From Antedon mediterranea (lineage: Eukaryota; Animalia; Echinodermata): a stretch of 64,000 bases of DNA. Both the position numbers and the translations under genes were made by a program. The DNA lies in the NCBI RefSeq assembly GCF_964355755.1, contig NC_092670.1, forward strand, positions 15,362,795-15,426,794. The letters are read 5' to 3'. Below are positions 27,101 through 40,816 of the stretch, one piece after another. Numbering within the stretch: position 1 is the first letter of the stretch; the number at the start of each line of letters is the position of its first letter. The notes beneath the pieces are model-generated. The model was not told the DNA's origin and did not search any database. It saw nothing but the letters and a program-made list of their open reading frames with translations.

Positions 27101-29367
27101 AAAGTACAGGTAAAAAAACATCACATCCAAACCTCCAAATTATGGTAAAATACAATTTATAACAAAATGCTAATTATATTTGTTACGTTTCTATTAATTT
27201 TCTTCAAATGGTACAAAATAGCCATTCTTATGCAAACTTTTTTAAACTATACATTTCTCTTCTTGGCCACTTGGCAACAACGCAATTGAGTTGACCATCA
27301 CAAACGACATTTTGGATGATACCTGTTCGTCAACTCACTACTGGTAGACTTAATTATGCCGTTGCTTTGCGTCCAAGTGGGAACCAAACTTGGTTCTTGT
27401 GATTGGTGACATAAAACCAAGACTTCATTTATTTCTTTCTTAGATGAGGTAACAACGGAACATGAAAAACACGAGGGGTGGGAAACATTGAAGGACATCC
27501 CATGTATACACAGATTGTGCATGCCTCTTCAGATTCTTTCATCTATATTTTCATCGTTTGCGCATGGTGGGAATGACGTCAGGTAAGCGTTGCAACGCCT
27601 ATCTTTTCGATGAAAACTGTTTAAGCCTGGTTCCCACTAGAACGTAACGCAAGGACGTAAACGCAACGCAAGCGTTTTAACCAATGAAAAGCGAAGTTAT
27701 AGACAGTTAGCCATCACAAGCGAATAAGCTATCGCTTGTGATTGGTCAATTCACTTGCGTTGCGTTACATCCTTGCGTTGCGTCGCTAGTGGGAACCACG
27801 CTTTAGTGTAAAGTAAATCATTATCACCACGTGGTACAATTGGTGTTACACATCGATAGTTCTAAACATCAACTTTAAAGCAAGAGTGAAGTAAGCAGTA
27901 AGGACGTGTAGCCTACCAACCACGACTAAAGAAATACACACGTGCTTTATTAATACGTAATGCATTTTCCGTGGTAGGCTACGTCGGTATGTTGTTGTTG
28001 CAAGGTTGATGCTTTCTTTCTATTAACACACGTAGTCTACCTCTTTCTACCGTTTGCCAAATTGGAGTTATCAGCGTTGAATGAAGAATGGCGGGTAATT
28101 TGAATCACAAAGCGAGACGCGTGCTGTTGCCGTAATTATAGTTCTGTACGAATTCCAACCACAATTTAAAACATTTATATTACAGTAATTCGATTGGCCC
28201 GTTCGTTGCCTTATTTGTCATCTATACCACTGGTGACGTCGAGCAAGAAGCTCCCGTTCCAGTCTGGATTCTGTTCTATGGCGCCGTTGGAATGACGATA
28301 GGATTGTGGGCTCTCGGTAGGCGAGTCATCGAAACTGTCGGAGACGACTTGACACCTCTCACTCCTTCAAGGTAAAATATTCTTTTATATTTAAGGATTT
28401 TTCTAAAAATTCTATTATATACCAACGATTATATATGCTGATTCATAGTTGTACGTTTTAAGCCCCAACTCTATTTTAAAATCCTAGATCTATCTGATCA
28501 ATAGGCAGTGTATGTTGTTAAAAAGATACAATATAATTTCTATGTAAAACGCCTTTGAGCATGAACACAATACTTTATGCGCTACGATCTAGTAAAATAA
28601 ACAAAATAAACTATTGCATTATAAATTAATGCCCAATGTGTTAGTTCACTCTTGTGATGATATGATTTTATAGACCCGGATAAGAGAGTGCTGACTAATA
28701 ATAATAATATGTAATGGTAATGATTATTCATAATAGAATGCTATATTATTATATAATAATAATATATTATAATATGTTTCTATTCATATTCTTCCAATGG
28801 TTCAAAATAGCCATTCTAAGCCAATCTGTCGATTATAAGAAGCCTATTCTAAAAAGTATGCATAAAATAAAAATGACCGTAACCTATAAAACTTTAATCC
28901 AATCATTAAGGACTTTCGATTTACACGTCCAGTCTATGTCGACTGATACCGTATTACGTCATTTTATTGATTAATATTGCGCTCTGACTGAAATACGAGT
29001 AGACGTATATATGACGTCATAGCAATAAAATAAATAACTTTTTATTTGTATATATAGTGGGTTTACAATCGAGCTTGGCTCTGCAACAACGGTTCTGACT
29101 GCGTCAAATCTAGGCCTCCCAGTGAGTACAACTCATTGTAAAGTCGGTGCAATAGTTGCTGTTGGATGGTTCCGAAATCGCACAGCTGTTGATTGGAAAC
29201 TTTTTAAAACTATATTTTTAGCCTGGATTGTTACATTGCCTGCTACTATTGGACTCAGTGCTGGATTCATGGCGTGTCTACAATTAACCATTCGAGACTA
29301 TGTATATCCAACACCTACCGGTGGTGAAGTTATTTTTAACGCCACACGATCGATGTTGTGGGAGTGA
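24126..29367 (+). CDS. SLC20A: Sodium-dependent phosphate transporter, SLC20/PiT family (11 coding exons)
   Basis: Exons 24126-24420, 24571-24711, 25385-25470, 25904-26000, 26245-26358, 26464-26517, 26632-26703, 26996-27109, 27444-27582, 28186-28371 and 29058-29367 splice in frame. Signatures: [63 protein letters not shown]. Confidence 0.93.
27624..27802. mobile_element. PIF/Harbinger-like MITE (TIR AGC(C/T)TGGTTCCCACTAG), TTA TSD
   Basis: Inverted ends flanked by TTA on both sides, with an internal palindromic structure. Near-identical copy at 44888-45066. Degraded copies near 9770-9915, 35460-35612, 36724-37087, 41279-41425, 44140-44370 and 56432-56550. Confidence 0.85.
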
Positions 29368-30174
29368 TACGACACGCGTCATACACGCGTGGGATATGCG
29401 TGGAACACTGTAGACAATGAAGGGGGCCAACTATAGTGAGGTGCAGAACATTTTTAGCCCTCGAGTTTAGCTCGAAAAGTCATTGACGCGTGCTATGGTA
29501 AATAATTCGTTGTAACTAAAGTGTTCACTGTTAGCACCTGTGAGGAGATAGCGTCCGTTTGTGTACAATTTCACCACCTGTAATGAGGCAGCCCCGGAAA
29601 AACCAGAGAGAGTTTAAACGGAGAAAACGCGGATCGACATATTATAATAGGAGTAGACTATCTTTAACAAATAAATGTGAAATTCAGTCTCATCATATAG
29701 GTGAAGGAATTGTTTTATTACTTTCTAATTTTTTTAAACATATTAGGCCTGACTGTAAGCTGGATATTAGATGTTGAAAGTAGGGGCGGGAGGATGGAAG
29801 GGAGAAAAGTTTGCGCATCAATACTAATAATAAAATATTGTAGAAACATTTATAGATCAGTATACCAAAAGCTGACTCTCAGATAAAATTACTGTAACAA
29901 TGACTTATTAATTATTATAATTAAACAGCAGTTTATTAAATAGATAGATAGATATAATTATAACATTTTATTCATAATAGTCATAGTCGTAAAATAAATA
30001 AAATTACATTATGAATTGTCTTCCTTGGCAAGAATATAAATATAAAAAGACCATATATAACATATTTAAAATAAAATTAATTACACAAAAATATTTATAA
30101 TATACTGCACAGGTATGAATAGTGAAGGCATCGGTATTACAAACTTCTCTTAAATCGTGAATTAAAAATATGAA

Positions 30175-30800
30175 TAGCATTAGGAACAAAGACTAAAGCG
30201 AACGTGAATTATTTGATCGTGGTGGTCTAACTCTCCCTGATCTATTTACAATAAATTCATTGTGTAATGAGTGAGAACTCTTTCCCATAATTTTTGTGAC
30301 TTTGCTCAACGTTTGTTTTTCATAAACACCATCAACATCTTTAACAATTGATTCTAGAAGCTGTTTTGCACACCTTCCTTAGTCGTATTCTTCTCTGTTA
30401 GATTCGCAAACCATGCTATACATGTTACAACTAAAATAGATTGGATGACCGATTCATAAAACAACTTAAGTCTGACATTTACTAACTTTAAAAGTATTAA
30501 GTTTTCTTAACCACTAGTACAGCCTTTGATTCCCTTTTTTAACAATCTCATCAGTATTGTTATCAAATTTCAATTTATCCTCTATGAACGTACCAAGTTA
30601 TTTATATTCATGGACACGTTCAACAACGTTCACGTCAAGTTTTAAGCATCCCTTATCATTCTCTTTTTTCCTGAAATCCCACACTATTTATTTAGTATTT
30701 TTAGCATTTATCTTCAATTAGTTTTCATCGCACCATGTAGTTAGCCTATCAAATTCATTATACACATGTTCAGTATTATCCCTCAAACAGACCAATCAAT
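30175..30800 (-). mobile_element. Degenerate non-LTR retrotransposon RT C-terminus (Rex1/Babar- or CR1-like)
   Basis: Minus-strand frames, interrupted by stops and frameshifts, give WCDEN.LKINAKNTK, VERVHEYKYL, KKGNQRLY..LRKLNTFKV, FYESVIQSIL and SFVPNAI. Confidence 0.7.
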
Positions 30801-31788
30801 GCCAGATCCATTATATATGGCCGGCTCTGATCAATGCCAATCAATAGCGCCCTCACAAGATAGAAAACTACAAACTTTTAGAGCGACGACAGGCTAGTAG
30901 GCTAGGCATGTGAACGAAACACATGTGTTTAGGCGGCCGACAGGCCTGAGCTGTGGTGGCATGGTCTTGTAGGAGGCGGACAGTGCATTGCAGCAGGACG
31001 GACATCCACACACCACCCATGATGGCGTCAGTTTCAAGAAAGAGTAGTAAAGGAAAGATTTCTGATCACAAACGAATGAATTTATCACGAGTTTTTGGAG
31101 ATAGTCAAGATTTTACATCGTATACAGTTTGGCAACTTTCACGTTATGCAAGATTTATTTATAACTCGGCAGAAAAAAACGAGCTTCAGGGAACGTGGAA
31201 AGTATGTCATTTTCATTCATTGTCTTGTTGCGGACTAGCGCCCTAGTAGTAGTACTAGCTCTAGGCCTAGGCTAGGCCTAGTAGACCTAGCCAAAGAATA
31301 TAATGGTTTAGGCTACCTAGTAGTACTAGTAGGCATAGCCTAGAAGTCCGATCCTACTACTAGACTATGTAAGGTATACTAGGAAGAGTATATGTCTTTA
31401 TGTATAGCCTATCTATAGGTTTAGGTAGAGGTAATTATTTGTTTATAAATTATATTCCCATTTGGTAATACTAATACTATTACTATTACTATTAGTCTAT
31501 TAGTATTACAATAATATGACAGGCTATACCACTACTAGGCATAGGGCTAGCTAGGCCCTAGTGTATGGCTAGGCCTAGAGCTAGATACAGATACATTATA
31601 AATAGACATAGCCTAGACCAACTATCAGTAGCAAGTTATTGTACTATTAAGTAAAATAGGCTTAATTAATTCTTTTTATTTATTACTTTATGTATTTTTT
31701 TTCTTATCTGACTCTCACTCTCTCAGTCTCGTATTTATATGCAAGTTTATACATTGCCTTACTATTTCATCATAATGTTATTCACATT

Positions 31789-33543
31789 CTAGGCTCGCGC
31801 TAACCGCTCGCCAATTCGCCAATGGCGACTGGAGTCTCCATTTGGCGAAAATAATTATTGCCTCGTTCGCCAAATTGGCGAAAATACATTTCCAAGCCTA
31901 GGCCTAGCCTGGTCGGCGTGACTTCTTATGGGAGCGAGAATTCGCCACACTTCGGTACTTTCTGACTCGGGTACACTTTTTACCACAACAGCATTTTATG
32001 TGACGACGTCACGATCGCCGTGTTCATTTTTTTAGTTCTGTTTAAACATGCGCAGAGCGTGCCTCGATGACGTTTTAATGACACACAGTTAATGTGATTG
32101 GTTCGTGGCCGGTCGTCGTCGACGTGATGATGAGCGAATAAAAGGGGAAGTCCCTATTCTTCGACGTAGAAAATGAACTTCGAGAAGAAAATGTAAACAG
32201 AAACATGTGGACGAATACTTCCGTAAACGAGGCTGTTCTGTTATTTAAAAAGGGAAATTTTAAATTTAACAAAGTAATTACCTCAATAGTATAATGTTAA
32301 CATGTTTAATTTTATTTCCCTTTTGATTATTCTAACCGAAAGTTGCGCTTTAAATTGAATAGCTAAGAAACAACGTATACTACAACGGCAACCCTGGCCA
32401 AAGCGCGTTTCGGCCGCCTACATAGAATGGGTTACGGCCGCTGCATAGCAAATTCAAAGCTTCTTAAATTTCTGTGGTACATTTCTTCCTAACGTACTTG
32501 TTTTGTTTTATATAATAGATTGATAAATATTCCACTTATTAAATAATTTAATAAATCGGTAAAATTGACGTTTCGAAGCAAGTATTCCATGATGAGAGGC
32601 GACATTTTTCGACATGCCTCGTGTGCGGCGAATACTAGTTCAGAAAATGGAACAGTCCACTGTGCGGGGGTTATCCAATCATTAATTAACGCGCTAATAC
32701 CTAGGCGACGGTAATTTAGTAATAAGCGGAGAACTGAATCCCCCGTAAGGAAAATGGTAAACACTGATATTTATGGTAGGGATTATTTTTTTCAGTGGTT
32801 GGTCTTGTTGGCTTCTTCGCACCAGGTCCACGCAAAGTCAAGTCAAATAAAACGATGTGGTTTATCAAACAGAAATATAAATTAGCTTTAATTCATTACT
32901 AAATTAGCCAGATTTTGATAATGAGAAAGGCTAAAAAATTGTTATCGTTAAAATTGACATATGAGGCGGATGTACATAATAATAATAACCGATTTACATA
33001 TCAAAATAAAGAGTATTTAAAGCCTGATAACATGCAACAAAAATTACTCCACCACCTATTATGGACCTCGTGCGATCGGGTGCGAAAATGGGTAGGTGTT
33101 TTCCAAAGTTATTTTTAGCGCGCAGATTTCGGCTCGCCGGCTTTTGTACCTCATTTTTAACTCGTGTTTTCTATTAAAATATTTAATAAACATAGATTAA
33201 AAATATATAAAAAAAATCCCTTAAACAAGATCTTTCCAGGCATATAATTTTTATTCTCATGGGTACATAAGAAATAGTATATTTTTAACTTCAAAGACAC
33301 GTCACTTTTTGAAATTTCACGAACGTGTTAAAATCGCGGTAACGAAAATCAGCTTCATTGGGATAAATAATAATAATATAAATGTAAAAGAAGTAAAATA
33401 ACAAACAAATACATGCATTATTTATTTAATAAACATTTTTGCGAATTTTTATGGTTTTTTAAATTTGGCTAAAGGATTTTCAATTTGGCTAATGTTTTTC
33501 AAAACCTTTCGAGAACGAAAATTTGACCTTAGCGCGAGCGTAG
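31789..33543. mobile_element. Non-autonomous DNA transposon with 15-bp TIR and 5-bp TSD (possibly hAT5-like)
   Basis: CTAGGCTCGCGCTAA ... TTAGCGCGAGCGTAG (1 mismatch), flanked by ACATT on both sides. Clustered TCGCCA/TGGCGA subterminal motifs. Confidence 0.65.
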
Positions 33544-34726
33544 ACATTGTATGTAGTGTTAGTTATATTGTGGAAATAAAATAGGAATTGAATTTAAACA
33601 TAGCTAGACTAAAGTAGGTCTAGTGAAGTAATAGGCCTAGTAAAGTAGGGATAGGACATACAATAAAAAAAAGTATATAATTTTTATTTTACGCTTATTT
33701 TAATTTAAACAAAAAAAAAAGTATTTTCATATTTAAGATTTATGAAAATAAGGATGGAAAACTTGAACTACATCTCAAAGATGACCAATTGATTGTAACA
33801 CAAGATGACCTCATATTGGTAACCATACTTTTTATTTCATCAATGAACTAAGTTTTGTAAAACTTAAAATAAACCTCTCACTGTCGCACTTAACTTACGT
33901 ATGAAAAATAACTAAGAATCTATAGGCCTAGTAGTATTCTGCCAAAAATTGTTTATACCCGGCCTAAATGTAAATGATAATTTCCACTAATCCATCATCA
34001 TATATTTTTGTATTTCTTACGAATGTAAAAGCGCAAGCAATGATAAAATTAATTTTATTATTTTGAGTACATTTACTCGAACACGTCTTTTCTGTATCTT
34101 CACATTTTATATAGGAAAGCTATTGCCTCAAATTAGCTGGAGACACTATCAGGGTACTCAGTAAAAGTGACAGTGCCCTCATATTTTGCCGAATCAATGT
34201 AAGTTATAGCCTCAAAAATAAGATCGTACAAAAATACGCGGCGTACACGTGACCCCCATTCTTGATACGAGCCAAAGAAACATTCCTGGAAAGTAACATA
34301 AACACATTGTAATAATTAGCCTACACTTTTTTCAGAGTGCGCATTTTCTATGACTTAATATAATGTTGATTGTTAGGCCTACTGTACCATTATATTATAT
34401 AGGAATTTCCAATCAAAATTATGATCAGTAGTTATGAGTTGGGGGTTGGGGATTGATTGTGTTGTCATATCTTGTTTGTTATCTTTGTTGTTCATTATAC
34501 AGCCTCTATTCCAATAATATATTAATAATGGTGTCAATGCATTTAATTTTATAGAATGAGAGTCGTAGATTTCGGCTTCAATTTGAATCGACCCCTGAAA
34601 CCACGACAAGCGCTCAGAATTGCGCAGACTTTCTTACCGCCATTCAGGGGTTTGTTAACTTTAGAAGTATGGAGACACATTTAGGAGAAATGGAAAGCGG
34701 AGACAAAAAGGTAGTATAGTAGTTGA

Positions 34727-35125
34727 GGATAACGACGACAATGCGATGGTACGTTCGTGGCAACGATGGCACATTCGGGGTAACGACGACCACGATTTTT
34801 ATGTTCGTGGTAACTATTATGACAACGATGGTATGATGACAACCATGGTACATTCGGGGTATAACGACGCGACGACAACGAATGTTCGTGGTAACGATGG
34901 CAAAACGATGGTACGGTCAGGGTAACGACGAAAACGGTGGTACGTTGGTGGTAACGACGACAACGATGGTACGTTGGTGGTAACGACGACAACGATGGTA
35001 CATTGGTGGTAACGACGACAACGTTAGTACGTTGGTGGTAACGACGACAACGATGGTACGTTCGTGGATAATGACGACAACGTTGGTACGTTCGTGGTAA
35101 CCATGGTACGTTCATGGTAACGATG
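34727..35125. repeat. Minisatellite, ~29-bp unit GGTAACGACGACAACGATGGTACGTTGGT, ~12 degenerate copies
   Basis: Visible tandem units. Accounts for the spurious ORFs at 34644 and 34681. Confidence 0.88.
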
Positions 35126-36817
35126 CAGTGGTAGATGTGAGGACAACGGCGGTGTAATGATCTGACGTTGACGGATTATAGTTTGAATTCTGTTTGATTT
35201 AAACTTTATGATTACTTCCTAATTCATTTTATTATGAGTTTAGACAGAAGAAATTTGGCGAGATTTAGATCAACCGTCGATGGACGAACCAGGTATATAA
35301 CGTACATTTGTATCTCTTTTATTTAGTTGAATAAACAGACTCTGCAAGGCGAAACTACATTGTCGAACATTGCAAAGGTAAACAATGACGTCATTGTACT
35401 ATACCCTTACATTGTCTCCATCATCGGACCATTGCTCAGTTGTTATAAAACGGAGTCAGTCTGCTTCCCACTTCATTGGACGCAATGAAGTACTTACATA
35501 AGCCCAACTAAGTAATTTGACCAATCACAACGCAATGGACAATCCAAACTTGTGATTGGTCAATTCACCGGCGTTGCGCCTACGTCGTTGTGGTGCGTCC
35601 AAGTGGGAACCATACTGTAGCGTTCCTATGTTTATACACGGAGTTACTTTTTTAATAGGGGTGTTCCGGGTTTAAAAAATAATTTGCGATATAAAAATAA
35701 TGTATTGGTGACTAGACTGCTGTAACATACTTTTAAACAAGAAAATATCAAAATTAATTCATTTCACTAAACATACTACTTTAAACATAAAGCAACAAGT
35801 TAATCTACATTATAATTCGTACAAACTATAACACAAAACAACATGTTGCAACATATGCACCAATGGAAAACATGTTTAAGGATATATGTCATATGATTTA
35901 CAAACGTATATCTTTACAATATTTTTTACTCTTTTTAACTGTAACTTTTTGATGGATTTGTACTAATTTTTAATTTGTACAAATCCACAATACAAGGGGT
36001 AGGTTAGGGTCTATTATACAGGAGTCACATGTGTTACACAGTAATATCATTTTGTATCATAGAATTTGTTACTGATACTTTGAAAAAATTGATACAGTAC
36101 CGAAAACCGGTTATTATTTCATGATGCGTGGTAGTCCTTTGTCGGCACGGAAGCAATGGTGTTCTATCAATGCGGATTTATAGTTGCTTATAAAAATTTT
36201 TTGGTGAAATCCTTTATTTATTGATAAAGGTCTTTCAACTTTTACGACAGCTAATTTGTGGAAGTTCGATTACAAGAAAAGTGTCTAAAGACACGACAGA
36301 TTTGAAAACAGTTTTATTGTTTGTAGACAGTGTTATTGTTTGTAGACACAAAATATTGTGATTTTGTTGTTTTTTTCTTTGCATGCCCGAGGCGTTTATT
36401 ACAAACACAACACAAACACCGTTGTATTCCGGCTAGTCAGCTTTATGTTTACATCTTTATACTGTACTTGCATAGGTTGAATGTACCGTAACCACTAAAT
36501 TACACTGTATGCTGACGCTAGACTTGCAACGAAGTCTGTTTAAAATTAATTGTACTATAATTGAGTATAATTTTACTTCCGGAAATCACGAATTAATTAT
36601 CTTGTTTGTAAACATAATTAATGATAACAAGACCGAAAATAATTGTATTTGAATTTTAGTGTTATTTTAAAATTGCGACTGCGGTTATTTTCAACCTAAT
36701 GTACGTTCGTAAAACCATCATTTTCTTGGTTCCCACTCGGAGGAAAACGCAATTACGTAAGCGCAACGCAAATAATTTGACCAATCATGATGCGATGGAT
36801 CGTCCCGACTGTCGATC

Positions 36818-36904
36818 TTTTGCGTTAAGGGTCTTTTACACAAGTTTCGGCATGGTTCCAGTCCGACGCCGTGAAACAGTACCGGAACAGGTGTGAAAGA
36901 CCCT
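36818..36904. mobile_element. Small Harbinger-like MITE (TIR AGGGTCTTT(C/T)ACAC) nested in an older MITE, next to a LINE/SINE 3'-tail fragment (~36922-37058, minus)
   Basis: AGGGTCTTTTACAC...GTGTGAAAGACCCT inverted ends. The adjacent (TTGAA)n tail carries a CAGTCAAAGACTG stem-loop. Confidence 0.55.
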
Positions 36905-38542
36905 TGAGTAGTGTTGCACTTAGTTGAATTGAATTGAATTAAATTGAAATATATATTTATACTGGGTAATCTCTTCAGTCAAAGACTGGTCTCCCAGAGG
37001 GCCCATTTGGTGATCAGTGGCTGTGATGTACTAATACACCGGGGTAACCCCCTAGTTCTTGCGTTGCGTCAGTGGGAACCAAGCTTTAACTACTGCCTGC
37101 ATACATACACACGACTGTGGAAATCCTCCCAATTGTATTGATACAATCGTGTGTTTTCTTGGTATAAATATAATTGAATTTTAAAATATGATTTTGCTAT
37201 AATTGGGAACGAACAATCAACCTGTCCCCACACGAACTTGTGGCTGTATTCTCCAATCACACCTACATTAAAAATGCTCGTATCATGTATCAAGTATCGC
37301 ACTGAAGTGTGTGGTTGGTGAATACGGCCACTTGTCTTATATTGTAACGACCGGCTATGAGACGTTAACAGCAACTCAATTATGTTTTTTCCCTCTCTTT
37401 TTTTTTTTAATTTAGGCTCTGACGACACCAGGCGAAGTTAATCTTCCACTCGCGTACAAGCATGCGCATATCGCAGATGGAGATCTACCCACACTAGTGC
37501 GCATGATACTCACTGACGCAAACTTTCCAGCGTTTGTCGGGGCTGTTGAACAGGAACTGAATGCTATAATGCAATAATTACTGCAGTAATCCGAACAAGG
37601 AAATGCAGTAACAGAGAAGACCGTACAAGAATTTGAGATAAGCTACTTTTATTTTAACAGCAGTTATGATTGGTTTTCGCCACTAGTACACTTTTTAGAG
37701 TAAATGTTTATAGCGTTGAGTTTTTCAAAAACCTTTGAAAAGATTTTATAACAAAGTAGAAAATGAAATTCGTACAGGGTATCCTCAGCCGTAACATGTA
37801 AACGGCATGATTGTTTAGATAGATTGTTTTAAATACAGTAGAACCTCTTCTTGAGAAACCCTTATACAGAGATTTCCCCGTTAAATAAGTGGGTAAGTAT
37901 ATGTTTAACACAATACGGTAAATCCCTATTCCCTGTTAACTTATAAAAGTGATAAAATAAACGGTTGAATTCAACCAAAAAACCCATTGGCTGGCAGCCA
38001 ATTTGACTATTTTTTGCTTTAAATTACAGTTTTTCGGGTAAATAATTTGTGAAGTGAATAACTATTATGTGACATTAAAATGGTATATTCAACAAAAACA
38101 TTATTTGTTCAAGGGGACAATGTATTAAGATGTTTATTACAATTGTGTAACATATTGGGTAAAATATTAATAGATGAAAAGAGAGCGAGAGGGGAGAATT
38201 TTGTAACTTCTGAACATCATTTAGGCTATCTTCTACCAATGAGATTTACCAGAAATGTACATATTCTAAGCTTTTTATGCGTCATACAGATACGGATTAC
38301 TGGAATTACAGTATTGTTTCGAGCGACAACAGGTCCGCTTACTACATTATACGGTACTTTTGGCATTGTTTGTTCGTAAATACAAGGTATAATGTACCGG
38401 TATCGGATACTGAAAAAACCTCATAGAAATCTCAGAAATGTTTCAACCTGTGATTTCTAATACGTGGTCGATCATCGTCGTGATAGGGCAAATTACTTGC
38501 GCTTACGTGCTTGCGTTGGGTCCTAGTTGGAACCAAGTTTAA

Positions 38543-39004
38543 AGCCCTGTCTACACTATCAAACGTCATGTGACAAAAGAATGTGATCTGTCCATGGACA
38601 TGATGTCAAGAAATTTATTGGTCCACCTCAAAATGGAATTTTTTTAATTGAATTGAACTGATCACTTTATTTCAGAATAAATATTCCACAATTCTATATA
38701 ACGGAAAATCACACTAAAATAGGATTTTCTCCCAAGTGAAGAGATTTGAATATCGTAACAGACACCTAACAAGATCATTTTCACTATTCAAAACTCTTAA
38801 TCTAAAGCCATAGACGCACTTGCGTACATGTGCTCGTAAAATTTGTTTTGCTTGGCATAATTAAGAAAATAAAACAACAAAGAAAAATACATCAAATTAC
38901 GGATTGCAAAAACGCCATATCACTACCGTATTTGGGAATATCATTGCCATATTTTGGTACATCACACATTTTTGTCAAACTAGTCTGATAGTGTAGACAG
39001 AGCT
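38543..39004. mobile_element. Longer copy of the CTGTCTACACTATCA MITE family
   Basis: AGCCCTGTCTACACTATCAAAC ... GTCTGATAGTGTAGACAGAGCT inverted ends, with TAA on the left and TTA on the right. Confidence 0.7.
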
Positions 39005-39022
39005 TTAGAAAAGGTATGTAAA

Positions 39023-39179
39023 GCCGATTTTCCACTAGGCGAATTTGTTCGCGCGAACCGAAATCGTCAGCTTATACGCATGTGTAGAAAGGTATTTGGA
39101 AGATGAAAATATGAATACGCATGCGTACAAGCTGGCGCTTTCGAATCGCGCGAACAAATTCGCCTAGTGGAAAATCGGC
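39023..39179. mobile_element. PIF/Harbinger-like MITE with ~34-bp perfect TIR
   Basis: GCCGATTTTCCACTAGGCGAATTTGTTCGCGCGA ... TCGCGCGAACAAATTCGCCTAGTGGAAAATCGGC, in a TAA-rich flanking context. Confidence 0.85.
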
Positions 39180-40614
39180 ATTAAGCGCTCGTAAATTTTC
39201 GCAGATAGATTTGTGCCATTTTTTCCTGTTATTACTGACGTTGTTTGTTAGATATGTTATAATTTTGGGCCTAGTTAGAGTAGGCCTAACACGTTGATTA
39301 TCTAGAAATTACCTAATGTAATCTGGTCCCCATTGTAATAATATTTTTGATTATTTTAGACCTAATGATTCCTCCTTAATTTAACAGATAAATAAATAAA
39401 TTCAAATATTTCATAATCCTGTGTGTCTGACAGGTGATTTACCATTGTTACCTTCCGCACCGGATTTTGGGTCGATAGTTCTTTTGAAAGTTAAACGATG
39501 TGTGAGATAATTTGGGATTTAATAACGGATTGTTAATTTATGTTGCGTGCATGCGGTTAGCCGACAGGTTAGTTCCGCATACACCGGACACTTACGTATC
39601 GAAGCACCGGACACATCGTTTTCAATCGTGTAACTTTAAGCCCATTAATAATTAATTTATCATTTTTGTGTATTTTCCCCTTTATCTTATTTTACCATGT
39701 ATTGTTAATGAACAGATGAATATATACTTCAAAATTTTCGTAGAGTCCGACTGTCGTTGGCAGCGAAATCGTGACGACTCGCATGTGAACACGATATACC
39801 TTATTCTATTTTTTTAATAAATATACTCTTAGGCATATAACAAATGATGATATGAATTTAAATGGAAAGACACTATACTGTTCTTGCTATTGATGGACAA
39901 AAATTATTTGGTTAATCCGTGTTACGTAATAATAATAAACAATATTTATATAGCGCCTAATGGATCACTGACCCCTCTAGGTGCTTTACACTACATTGGT
40001 GCACTGCACTTTTTCAAACATAGGCCTAACTATTTTGTTGTTTTTGGAAATATTGAATAATAATAATAAATATTTCTAATGCGCTACTTCTCCATCAAAG
40101 GTGATCAATGCACTTAATTGATTGCTTTAAAAAAGTGTTTAGCTGAACTGGCGTTAACTACAACGTCATGACAACTCACGTCTGAACGCTACGCTTATAA
40201 GAAAGCCTTATTTACAGTATTATTTTTAAAAGGGATAAATACAAATTTGGAAATTCAACTAGAATGAACTCGCGATGTGATGAGGTAATTCTATTAATCC
40301 AGTAACACGTGTTCCGTTGGTGCATTGCATTGTTTCACACGTAAATGTTTAAAAGACACTTATCAGTGACCATATTTCAACTTAAATACAGGGCGTGTTT
40401 TTATAAAAGTGCATTTAAACTAATCTAAGCTCGGCAGGCACTACCAGGTTATCTTCTGTGTTTAGAAATATACTCATTATTATAGGCCTAATACCCAAAT
40501 AAGGTATCAAGTCTGGTAGGTATACCTGGAATAGCGCCCAGCCAGGATATCGTCTCCGAAAAACAATAATATCGCTATCAATAGGATTTCTATTTTCGGA
40601 ATTTATTTAAAAGT

Positions 40615-40673
40615 TGAGTCATTGATGGTAAAGTTATTCATGTGTGAATAGATAGTTTTGCCGCGTATATAAA
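40615..40673 (+). promoter_or_regulatory. Putative MMP core promoter: AP-1 site TGAGTCA (40615-40621) and TATA box TATATAAA (40666-40673)
   Basis: Canonical motifs ~50 bp apart and ~150-200 bp upstream of the ATG, matching the AP-1/TATA layout of vertebrate MMP1/3/9/13 promoters. Confidence 0.55.
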
Positions 40674-40816
40674 CACGATAAAATGTCAACACTAAAACAT
40701 TACGATATCCTAGATCAAGTGTGCATAACAACACGCGAACAAATTGAAACTTTGTATTTCTTGGCCACTATTTTTACCAATCGTTAGATTTCGACTAACC
40801 CATAGTAAAATTAATA

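Noticed and set aside
30894-31246. Short GC-richer ORFs (64 and 97 aa)
   Set aside because: No recognisable domain or convincing splice structure; probably a repeat fragment.
34644-35115. Cys/Arg/His-rich ORFs of 144 and 69 aa
   Set aside because: Translations of the 29-bp minisatellite.
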